64,000 nt of DNA from Scenedesmus sp. PABB004 (Eukaryota): contig JABVCE010000012.1 in NCBI GenBank assembly GCA_014905635.1, positions 124,001-188,000 on the forward strand. Reading direction: 5' to 3'. Below, piece by piece: positions 54,219 through 64,000 of this stretch (its first letter is position 1; each line of letters begins with the position of its first letter). The position numbers were made by a program, and so were the translations under genes. The notes below the pieces were generated by a model. That model did not search any database, had not been told where the DNA came from, and saw nothing but the letters and a program-made list of their open reading frames with translations.

Positions 54219-55935
54219 ATGGAGCGGCTCACCCTGTTCCAGCGGCCCTGGTGCAACGAGCAGCTGGAGTGGCAGCTGATCGGCAGCCCGTCCGACCGGG
54301 GCAAGGCGCCGGACGTCGTGTTCTGCGACCCGACCTTCAGCCCGCTCGCGCCCGGCGGCGCCGGCGCCGGCGGCGCGCGCCTCGCGGAGCTGCTGGACGC
54401 GTGGACCGGCCCCGAGTGCCTCCCGGCGCTGCTGGACGAGCTGCTGCGCCTCTATGCTGAGCACCAGTGCGCCGCCGCTGCCGCCGCCGACGCAGCGCCG
54501 CCGCCGCAGCAGCAGCTGCCGTGGCAGTGGCGTGCGCGCTCCTTGCCTCCGCTTGCGTCGCCACCATTGCCGCGCGCCCTGCTGTGGTTCCGCCGGCGCT
54601 TGCAGGAAGGCCAAGGTCGCGGCGCTCGGGGACGAGCGCATGCTCTTTGAGCTGGCCATGCTCGACGACCTCGGCTGCACCGAGGTCGCCCAGGCCGGTG
54701 CGCGGGGGGCCGCCGCAGGGGCCCCCCTCCCCCTCGCCCGCCCTCCGCGCGCGCAGCGCGCTCTCCGCACGCGCATCGCGCCCTCCGCACGCGCCCCACG
54801 ACACACCCGCGCGCGCCGCCCTGACCGCCGTCCTAACCGCTCTTAACCCCCCCCCCCCCGCCCCGCCGCAGGCTCCTTTGACGGCTCCTTCCAGCAGGCC
54901 TGCTTCTCCATCCCGCTCGCGGCCGACCTCGGCCCCGCGGCGCGCCTGCGCGAGTTTGCGGCGGCCGCGGCGGCGGGGCCGAGGCGCCGGGCGCCGCGCG
55001 CGCGCGGTGGCGGCGGCGGCGGAGCAGCAGCAGCAGCAGGAGGAGGAGGGGGGCTTTGTGCTGCACGTGGCCTTCCGCGTCGGCCCCGGCGCGCGCAGCC
55101 ACGCCGCGCCCGACCTGTCGCTCGCGAGCCCGCCCTGGGCGGCCGCGCACCTGCCGCCGCTCGCGCTGCCCGCGTGGGACCCGCAGAGCTCGCTCGTGGA
55201 GTTTGTCCCCGCCGCGGCGGAGCGGCTGGGCAAGCACCTGTCCGACCACTGCCCTCCCGCGGCGCTGCGCTTCGAGCTGCTCGCCGCGCTCGGGGGCGCG
55301 CTCGGCGCGCCGCTCGAGACCGTCGCGCGCGCGCCGCCGCCGCGGCCCGGCGGCGCGAGCAGCGCGGGTGCGGCGGCGGCGCGCGGCGCGCCTGCGGCGC
55401 GCGTGCGCGCGCGCGCCCGTCGCCGGCGCCGCGAGCCACCCCGTGCCGCCACCTGCCGCGCGCGCAGGCGCCAGCGCCGGCGGCGCGCGCGGCGGGGGCG
55501 GCGGCCGCGCCGCGAGCACCGCGCTGTTTCAGGTCGCGTGCGAGGCGCAGCCGCTGCTGCTGCACGTGGAGCTGTCGCCGGGCTTCCCCGCCGACGCGCC
55601 GGTGCTGGTGCTGCAGAGCGCGCGGTGCGGCCCGGCGGGGCGTTTCCCGCGGGCCCCGCCGCGCGGCGCGCCGGCGGTGGCGAGCCGAGCCGAACCGCCG
55701 CCCCGCCCGCCCGCCGCCCCGCGCCGCGCCGTCCCGCGCCGCGCCGCGTGCGCGCAGGCGGCAGGGCCCCGACAGCACCACGACGCTGGCGGGCGTCCCC
55801 TGGAGCCCGCGCTGGCCCGTGGATGAGATGGTGGCCCGGCTGTTCAACTTCATCAAACAGCAGGCCCCCGCGTTTGCGCGCGAGGCGGGCGGCGGCGCGG
55901 GCGCGGGCGCGAGCGGCGGCGGCGCGCCGCCCTAG
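54219..55935 (+). CDS. BRE: BRE/BRCC45/BABAM2-like subunit of BRISC and BRCA1-A complexes
   Basis: ERLTLFQRPWC.EQLEWQLI...APDVVF, LLDELLRLYAEHQ, LPAWD..SSLVEFVP, LLHVELSPGFP..APVLVLQS, PWSPRWPVDEMVARLFNFI. True start uncertain; frame slips near 54990 and 55400. Confidence 0.8.
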
Positions 55936-55939
55936 GCCG

Positions 55940-56597
55940 GCCTGCAACGGCTGGGCGCCCGGAGTCGTAGCACCAGCGCCGCCGCGCCGCACTCGCCGCA
56001 CCGCTGATCGCCCGCCGGGCGGCAGTGCAGGGCGCAGGGCGCAGGCGCCGCCCGGCCGGCTGCCCGCGCCGCCGCCGAGGAGGGCCCCCTGCGCGCGCCG
56101 CCCCGCCGCGCAACACAGCCGCCGCTCTCAGCGCCTCCCTGCCACACGCACGCACACAAGCGCCGGCCGCGGCCCGCAGCTGCCACACGCACGCGCCGCC
56201 GCCGCCCAGCGCCCGCCCCCGCCCGCCGCCGCCCCTGGCCAGGCGGGGAGACGCGCGTCGGGCGCTTGACGGCCGGGGTTGAACCGCCCAGCGCAGCGCC
56301 AGGCGAGCCGGGTGCGCGGGCAGGCGGGGAGGGGCAGCAGCGGCGGGCGGGCCGCGCTGCGCGGCGCCCGCTGCGGGCGACGGGGGCTGCGGCGGAGCGC
56401 GGCGGGCGGACGTGTGGCGTGGGCCGTCGGGCCTGCGCGCCCCGGGCGCCGCTGTCAGGCCCGCCGCCGCGCCGTCGCGCCGGGGCGGGGGCGGGCGCCG
56501 CGCGCTGCTGCTGCTGCGCTCACGCCGCCCGCGCGCTCGCGCCCGCCGCCGGCGCCGCCTGCTGCTCCCTGCTGGCCGGCAGGCCCCAGCAGGTGCC
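55940..56597 (+). repeat. Cassette leader, copy 11
   Basis: Clear similarity from ~56010; possible degenerate boundary motif at ~55941. Confidence 0.8.
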
Positions 56598-57472
56598 ATG
56601 TCCTCCGCGCCGGCGGGCAAGCGGCGCGCCGGGCCGACCACGCGCGCGCGGGCAGCTGCGGCAGCTTCGGCGGACGAGGCGCCCGGCGGCGACGAGGCGG
56701 CGCCGAGGTGGGCGCGCTGCTGCTGTCAATCCCTGGCTGGTGCCGCTGGCCAGGCGGGTGACGAGCACCGAGCCTCAGCCAGCTGCAGCAGGCGCCGCGC
56801 GCCGCCTCACCGCCGCCCCGCGCCCTGCCCCGCCACGCCGTCGCCCGCAGCCCGCTGCCCGAGCTGCCCCAGCCCCTCGTGCTCCACGTCCTGAGCTTCC
56901 TGCCGCCGGCGCTGCATGCGTGGACCGCCAAGCTGGTCTGCAAGGCGGCGCACGAGCGCTTCCGCGGCGCCACGGTCGTCTCGCTGCGCTGCCCCGAGCT
57001 GCCGCTGGCGGCGGTGCAGGAGGCGTGGCGGGCGGTGCAGGGTGGTGGGGAGCGGCAGCAGATTCGGCTGGCCGGGGCGCGAGCGGCGTGCGGCGATGTG
57101 GCGGGTCTGGCCTGGCTGCGTGGCGCCGGCTGCGACATGGGCGGCGTGGCCTGGGCAGCAGCGGAGCACGGCCAGCTCGCCGTGCTGGAGTGGGCACGCG
57201 ACCAGGGGCTGGACCTGGAGGCGGTGTGCGTTGCAGCAGCCAAGGGCGGGCAGCTGGCGGTGCTGCGCTGGGCGCGCGCCCAGGCCGAGCCGCCGCCGTG
57301 GGGCGACCTGCCGTGCTTCATCGCGGCCATCCGTGGGCAGCTGGACGCACTGCGCTGGCTGCGCGCCAACGGCTGCACGTGGTCGCGCGACCTGTGCGAG
57401 AGCGTGGCGGCAGACGAGGCCGTGGTCGCGTGGATCCGGGCGCAGCCCGCGGCGGCGGACGACGGGCCCTGA
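56598..57472 (+). CDS. F-box + ankyrin protein, copy 11 (one repeat fewer; acidic tail out of frame to 57554)
   Basis: Exon 1 MSSAPAGKRRAGPTTRAR; exon 2 PLPELPQPLVLHVLSFLPP...NGCTW. Confidence 0.8.
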
Positions 57473-57729
57473 CTGGGACACGGATGAGGAGGAGGGCTGG
57501 AGCTCGGACGAGGGGGAGGACGAGGACGGGGAGGAGGGGGAGCACGCCGCGTGAGTGCGGCCGGCCGCGCGCCGCGCGCCGCCCCAGGCTGTGCCCGGCC
57601 GCGGCTGGCGGCCAACCGGTTGCGCGTGTGCGTGTGTGGGGTGGCGCCGCGCTGCCTGAGCCTGAGCCCGTGGCGGCAGCGGACACACGGCTCAGCGCGC
57701 GCGGCGGGGCGAGTTGACGCTGGCGCCAC

Positions 57730-58424
57730 GGGCTAGCAACCGGCTGAGCGCGCGGCGGACCCTTTCGCGGGCCGTGCGCACCCAACGCGGCTGTCGTGTG
57801 CTGGCAGCGGCGCCCTCTCTGCGCCGCCGCACCGCGCCCGCCCGGCGGCGGCGGCGCAGGGCCCAGGGCGCAGGCGCCGCCCGGCCGGCTGCCCGCGCCG
57901 CCGCCGCCGAAGAGGCCCCCCGCGCGCGCCGCCCCGCCGCCCACAGCCGCCACCCTCAGCGCTCCTGCCGCACACGCACACGAGCGCCGGCCGCGCCCCT
58001 CACAGCGCCCACACGCACACCGCGCCGCCGCCGCCCCGCGCCCGCCCCCGCCCGCGACGCGCCCCTGGCCAGGCGGGGCGCGGACGTGCGGGCGCCTGGT
58101 GACTAGGCCGTGCCGCCGAGCGCAGCGCCAGGCGAGCCGGGCGCGCGGGCAGGCGGGGAGGGCAGCGGCGGCGGGCGGGCCGCGCTGCGCGGCGCCCGCC
58201 GCGGGCTGCGGGGGCACCGGCGGTGCGCGGCGGGCGGGCATGTCGCGTGGGCGGCCGGGCCTGCGCGCCCCGGGCGTCGCTGGCAGGCCCGCCGCCGCGC
58301 CGCCGCGCCGAGGCGGGGGCGGGCGCCGCGCGCTGCTGCTGCCGCGCTCACGCCGCGCGCGCGCTCGCCCGTTGCCGGCGCCGCCTGCTGCTCCCTGCTG
58401 GCCCGCAGACTCTCAGACGGCGCC
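57730..58424 (+). repeat. Cassette leader, copy 12
   Basis: Starts with GCTAGCAACCGGCTGAGCGCGCG; the following CCTTTCGCGGGCCGTGCGCACCC is shared with copy 8. Confidence 0.85.
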
Positions 58425-59338
58425 ATGTCTGCTGCGTCGACGGGCAAGCGGCGCGCCGGGCCGACCACGCGCGCGCGGGCGGCTGCGGAAGCGGCAGCCG
58501 CCGCAGGCGAGGCGCCTGGCGGCGCAGAGGCGGCGGCGAGGTGGGCGCGCTGCTGCTGCTGCTGCTGCCCCCCTGTCTGGGGCTGCCTGGCCAGGCGGGC
58601 GCCCATCACTGAGCCACAGCCAGGCGCAGCAGGCGCCGCGCGCCGCCTCACCGCCGCCCCTGTGCGCCGCCTCACCGCCGCCGCCCTCGCCCCGCCAGCG
58701 CCGCCAGCAGCCCGTGGACAGACCTGCCCGAGCCCCTCGTGCTCCACGCCCTGAGCTTCCTGCCGCCGGCCCTGCAGGCGTGGCGTGCCAAGCTGGTCTG
58801 CAAGGCGGCGCGCGAGCGCTTCCAGGGCGCCACGGTCGTCTCGCTGCGTTGCCCCGAGCTGCCGCTGGCGGCGGTGCAGGAGGCGTGGCGGGCGGTGCAG
58901 GGTGATGGTGAGGTGACGAGGGCGCGCGCGGCGTGCGGCGACGTGTCGGGCCTGGCCTGGCTGCGCGGCGCCGGCTGCAGCATGGACAGTGGCGTGGGCT
59001 GGGAAGCAGCGAAGCACGGCCAGCTCGCCGTGCTGGAGTGGGCGCGAGGCGCGGGGCTGAACCTGCAGCTCGTGTGCGCTGGAGCAGCCCTGGGCGGGCA
59101 GATGGCGGTGCTGCGCTGGGCGCGCGCCCAGGACGAGCCCGCGCCGTGGGACCACCTGTCGTGCTTTGCGGCGGCTTGGAAAGGGCACCTGGAGGCGCTG
59201 TGCTGGCTGCGCGCCAACGGCTGCCCGTGGCGGCGTGGCGTGTGCGAGCGCGGCGCGGCACGCGAGGGCCACGAGGCCGTGGTCGCGTGGATCCGGGCGC
59301 AGCCTGCGGCGGCAGACGACCAGCCGGGCTGGGGATGA
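58425..59338 (+). CDS. F-box + ankyrin protein, copy 12 (one repeat fewer)
   Basis: Exon 1 MSAASTGKRRAGPTTRAR; exon 2 PWTDLPEPLVLHALSFLPP...GHLEALCWLRANGCPW. Confidence 0.8.
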
Positions 59339-59494
59339 GTCTGAGGGGGAATGGGAATGGGAATGGGAATACGAGTGGACTCCTGACGCTGCCAAGCGTG
59401 GATCCGGACGCAGCCCTGGTGAGCGAGCGAGTCATGTCAGCTCGCCGTTGCAACGCTTGGCAGAGCCGCCCGCCGCCGCCGCCCGCCGCCGCGG

Positions 59495-62400
59495 TCACGC
59501 GCGCCGCAACACCGGCAGTGCTTCCGGGCCAGCCGCGGCGAAGTGCTTGGCGACGCCGGCAGCGGCGCTGACCGTGCAGCATGCCGCCGCGTCGCTCTCA
59601 TCGTCAACGCTGGCAACGCGCGCGCTGCTGGCGCCCGTGGTGCGGCTGCGCGACGAGGGCTCCGCGGGCGCCGCCCAGCCCGCGTTGAGGCGGCCCACCA
59701 CCTCCTCGGTCAGCCGCAGCGGCGGCACCGCCGCCGCACCCGCCGCCGACGCGCGCACGCCCGGGCCCGGCTGCCGCGACTCGCCCGGCGCGGGCGCCGA
59801 CGCGGCGCCGCCGCTGCCGGGCGCCGCCGCGCTCGCTGCGGGCCGCGCGCCCGGCGCCGTCGGCGGCGGCGGGCCGGCGCGCGGCAGGGGCCCGGCTGCC
59901 AGCTCGGCAGCGCCCCCGCCCGGCGGCGGCCGCGCCTGCTCGCCGCGCCACCCGGCCGGCAGCGCGCCCACCACCGCGGCCAGCGCAGCGCGGCGGGCGT
60001 GCCGCAGCCAGCCGCCGACGGTGGCCCGCTCCGCCGCCTGCCGCGCCGCCTGCGCGGGGCGGGCGCGGGCGCGCCGCGCCGGTGAGCTCGCCCGCGCGCG
60101 TGCGGGGCCGCAGGCCGAGCGATGCGCGGTGCGCGCACCTCGAGCTCCGCGGGGTCGCGCCACGGCTCGCCCGCCTCGCAGCGCGCGAGCCAGGGGTGGC
60201 GCAGCAGCGCGTCCGCGCCGGGGCGCGACGCCGGGTCCTTGGCGAGCGCGGCCGCGAGGAAGGCCAGGCAGTCGGGCGGCAGCCCGCCCGGCGGCACCTC
60301 GACGTCCGCCCACAGCGCGAGGCCGGCGCTCTCCAGCTTGGACTCCACCTGGCATCAGTGCCGCAGACGGCCACGCAGCAGAGTTATGAATCGCCTCAGG
60401 GCGGCGCGCGCCGCGCGCCGCGCGCCGCGCGGCGGCCTGCGCCATCAGTCGAGCGCCACGCGGGCGGCGCACCTCGAACGGCATGCTGCCGCACAGCAGC
60501 TCGTGCACGAGGCAGCCGACCTGCCAGATGTCGACCTTCTCGTCGTAGCAGTCCCGCGCCTCCCACACCGCCACGCCGCCGCCGCGGCCGCCGCCGGTGC
60601 CGTGCCGCGCGCCCGCGCCGCCGCCGCGCCGCCGCCGCCGGCCGGGCGGCGGCGCACCCGGCTCCGGCGACGCGCCGGCGCTGCGCTCCAGCGCCGCCGG
60701 CTGCTGCACGCGCTGCCGCTGCCCCTGCTGCTCCTGCTTCTGCTGCTGCTCCAGGTGCTGCGCCCGCGCCTGCGCCTGCCCGCACTCGCTGCCGGCAGCG
60801 CCGCCGCCGTCGCTGCTGCTGCCGCCGTCGCCGCTCTCGTCGTCGCTGCCGGCGAGCGCCGCCGCGAGCTCGCGCGCGTTGGGCGGCGCGGCGCTGAGCA
60901 TCTCGGGGGCCATGTAGTCGAGCAGCGCGGTGCGCGAGCGCGGGCGCTCCGCGAGCGCGTCGACCGCGCGCGTGAGGTGCCCGAGGCGCAGCCCGCCGTC
61001 GATGCCGACGTACACGTTCTCGGGGAGCACGCACCTGGAAGCGGGTGGGAGGGGCGAGTGGACGGGGAGGGGTGGGCGGGAGGGGCGGGAGGACAACGGG
61101 CACGGGACGAGGGCGTGGCGAGCGGGGGCCGCGCACGCGCGCGCGCGGCGGCGGCGGCGCCCAGGCGCACGGCCCCGGGCCCCGGCGCGGCGGCGGCGGC
61201 ATGCCGCCCACCGGTGGATGATGCCGTTTGCGTGGAGGTGCGCGAGCGCGGCGAGCAGCGGGCGCACGAGGCCCAGCGCGACGTGGCGCTCGGTGTAGCG
61301 CTCGGGGTGGGCGATGGCGTCGTTGAAGACGTCGCCCTTGCCGCAGTACTCCTCCACTGGTTTGAGGTTACGGGGGTCAGGGTTTAGACGTTTGAAGGGG
61401 CGGGCGGGCGGGGCAGGAGGCGGGGCGGCGCGGTCGGCCGAGGCGCGCGCGGCCGGCGCGGGCGCCGCGGCCGCGGGGCGAGGCGCGGCGCGGGGGCGCC
61501 GCAGGCGGCGGCGGCGGCGCCGCACCGACGAAGATCGCGTCCGCGTCCTCCCACTGTCCCACGCAGCGCACGAGGTTAGGGTGGCTCAGCAGCTCCGCAA
61601 ACGCGATCGCGCGCCGCACGCCGCGCTCCTCCGCGGGCACCATCTTGTCTGCGCGCGGGCGCGCGCGCGCGCGCGCGCGGATGGGCGGGCGGCGGCGCGC
61701 TCGCGCCCCGCCGCCGGGGGTGTGCTGCGCGCGCCGCCGCCGCCCCTGTGCCCGCCCTCCGCCGCTGGCCTCGCTGCCGCGCCCTCCCCGGCGCCGCCCC
61801 TGGCTCCCAGCCAGCTGGCTCAGCCCCCTGCCCGGCTCCCAGCGCAGCAGCAGCGGCGGCGGCCAGCAGCTAGCGGCTAGGCGGCTCACGCTTGTCATAC
61901 TTCTTCAACAGGTAGTGCGTGCCGTTGCGCAGCGCGCAGGCAAAGTAGGCCGTCATAACGCGCCCCCGGTGCAACATGTGACAGATGGGCCGAAAGTCCT
62001 CCAGCCCGCCAAACCAGAGCTCCGCGGCGGCGCCGTCGGCGCCGCCGCTCGCGCCGCCGCCGCTGCCGCCGCCACCGCCGCTGCCGCCGCTGCCGCCGCT
62101 GCCGCGGCCGGTGAGGGTGAGGCTGCCGAGCAGCCGCGCGCTCGCGCCGCTGATCAGGCCGCGGAGCGAGGCGGAGAACGAGTGCGGCGCCGCGGCGGCG
62201 GCGGCCGAGGGCGTCTGCGCCTCCGACCCCGCGCGCGACCTGCGCGCGCGGGCGGCGGCGCCGGGCGCGGGTGGGCCGCCGCGCCGCGGCCGCTGCGGTC
62301 GGGCCGTCGCGCCCGATGCGCTCACCGCGCGGTCGAGGGGCCGTCCCAGTCGTCGGCCGCCTGACCACCGCCACCGCCGCCGGCGTCGACGCTGGACGCG

Positions 62401-62957
62401 CCCTCGGATCGCGCGAACGATTTCTGCGCCGCGCGCGCGGGTCGCGCGGGTCGCGCAGAGCGCACGGGCCCGCCGGCAGGCGCGCGCGCGCCGCCGGGGG
62501 CCGCCTGCCGGCGCGCGCGCGCACTCGCCTTCAGGCGACCAAAGAAGCCGCGCCGCGCGGTGGCGTTGGCGCCCGGCTCCGCCGCAGCGCCGGAGCGGGG
62601 GCTGGCGCCGGGGCTGCCGGCGGGCGCGACAAACTTGACGTGCTGCGCCCGCGCCGTCGCGCCGCCGCCGCGCGCCGAGGTCGACGCGCCGCCCGCCGGC
62701 TCATCGCGCTGCCGCTCCCGCGCCTGCTGCTCGTACCTGCGGGCGGCGGCGGTCGGGCGAGGCCTGGGACGCGCGCTGCCGGCACGGGCCGCTCCTGCGT
62801 CGCCGGTGAGCGCGCAGCTTTCGCCAGCCCCCGCCGCGCACCACTCGGGCTGAGCCCCGGGCAGGATGGTGGCCCCAGACGGGCTGCCGGCGCGCGGCGG
62901 CGCCTCGGCGGGCAGCGCGGCGATGGTCTTCACGCCGAAGACCGCGCGCTGCTGCAT
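59495..62957 (-). CDS. Aurora/CAMK-like Ser/Thr protein kinase fold, probable pseudokinase
   Basis: YLLKKYDK, LSHPNLVRC, EEYCGKGDVF, LAHLHANGIIHR|CVLPEN, LRLGHLT, LDYMAPEML, YDEKVDIWQVGCLVHELLCGSMPF, LAKDPASRP...LLRHPWL. Frame slip near 62330. Confidence 0.85.
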
Positions 62958-64000
62958 GCCGCTGCGGCCGCCGCGCGGCGCCTGGCGCTACGCGGAGCGC
63001 CGTGTGTGCTGTGAGGACGTTCGAAAACGCGACGGCGCTGGGCGAGCCCGTCGGGCGGCAGGCGCCGCCGCCGCCGCGCGCGCCCGCGCCGCTGCTGCGG
63101 CGTCGCTGGCGAGGACGAGAGAGCGGGCGTGGGCGTGGGGGCAACTGGGGAGAGTGCGGGATGGAGCAGCGGCGCGGCGCCTCGCGTGGCCGCCACCCCG
63201 TTACAACAGCCGACACACGCCGAATCCCGCAGGCACGCCGGTCGCGCCTGGAATCGCAGCAGCTGCACACACACACGCCACACAGCAACACCCAAGGCCA
63301 GCGCAGTGCCTCGGTCGATCGATCGCTCCCCCAGCCGGCGCCGGCGCCGGTCGGCACGCGCGCGCTGGCGGCGGCCTCCGCAGCGCCGACGACAGAGCGC
63401 CCCCAAGGGAATGCTGGTGGTACAGCAGCGGCGGCCAACCGATCAATCCATGGCGCCCCGACGCACACGCGCACGAGTCAAGTCAGCCACCAGCAATCGG
63501 GTGAGGCGGGCGCCGCTCGTCGCTCGCGCCGAGTGCAGCACTCAGCAGCAGCGGCGGCGGCGGCCCGCCGGTGTTGCACAGCGGCCCTGTTGTACAGCGC
63601 GGCGCGCCGCGTCGGCGCGCGCACATACACATGAAGGCATGCGACGAATTCCCTCCCCCCGCCTCGCGCCGCGCGCGCGCGCGCGTGCCCGCGGCACAGC
63701 GCCGCGCGGCGGCGGCGGCGCACGGCGGCGCGCAGCGGCAGAGGCCTGCCCGGCTGGCCCGAGCCCGCGGCCTTGCGGCGCGGTTTAGCGGCCTGGGGCG
63801 TGCACGCTTTATGCCCGCCCGTGCGCGTCCCCCGCCGGTGAGGGCGGCGTCAGATGTCGGCGGGGCGGGCGCCCCGCCGCACGAACGAGCACCCCCGCCC
63901 GGCGCCCCAGAGCGCCCAGCGCCACCCCCGCGCCCCCTCACCACCGGCCGCTGGGCCGGAGTCGTCGGGGGCGCGCCCCGTGCGAGCGCCGAGCGCGTCG

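Noticed and set aside
62960..64000. Possible gene or RNA gene in the last kilobase
   Set aside because: No convincing exon, tRNA or rRNA pattern; most likely the 5' UTR and promoter of the kinase-like gene.

Overview
Extremely GC-rich, intron-rich eukaryotic nuclear DNA. It looks like a chlorophyte green alga, probably Sphaeropleales-like (inference from gene content, intron style and CCCTAAA motifs). Most long ORFs in the track are GC artefacts; the real genes are spliced. Resident genes: D27/DUF4033 carotenoid isomerase-like, V-ATPase subunit F, bacterial-type (BcsA-like) GT2 glucan synthase, two bacterial-type class II deacetylases, a RING protein, proteasome ATPase RPT2, a CAS-like rhodanese protein, a catalytically degenerate PLIP-like lipase, an FNR-like oxidoreductase, a coiled-coil protein, an SRPBCC protein, BRE/BABAM2-like and an Aurora-like pseudokinase. 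The most striking feature is a dispersed ~1.6-1.9 kb cassette, present as 11 gene-containing copies plus one leader-only copy. Each has a conserved ~600 bp non-coding leader, a short exon 1, one intron and an F-box + ankyrin-repeat exon whose predicted binding-face residues are hypervariable. Each copy or tandem group starts just 3' of a same-strand gene, and a short conserved motif marks the cassette ends. No transposase is visible in the window. Coordinates were read by eye; repeat boundaries are approximate.
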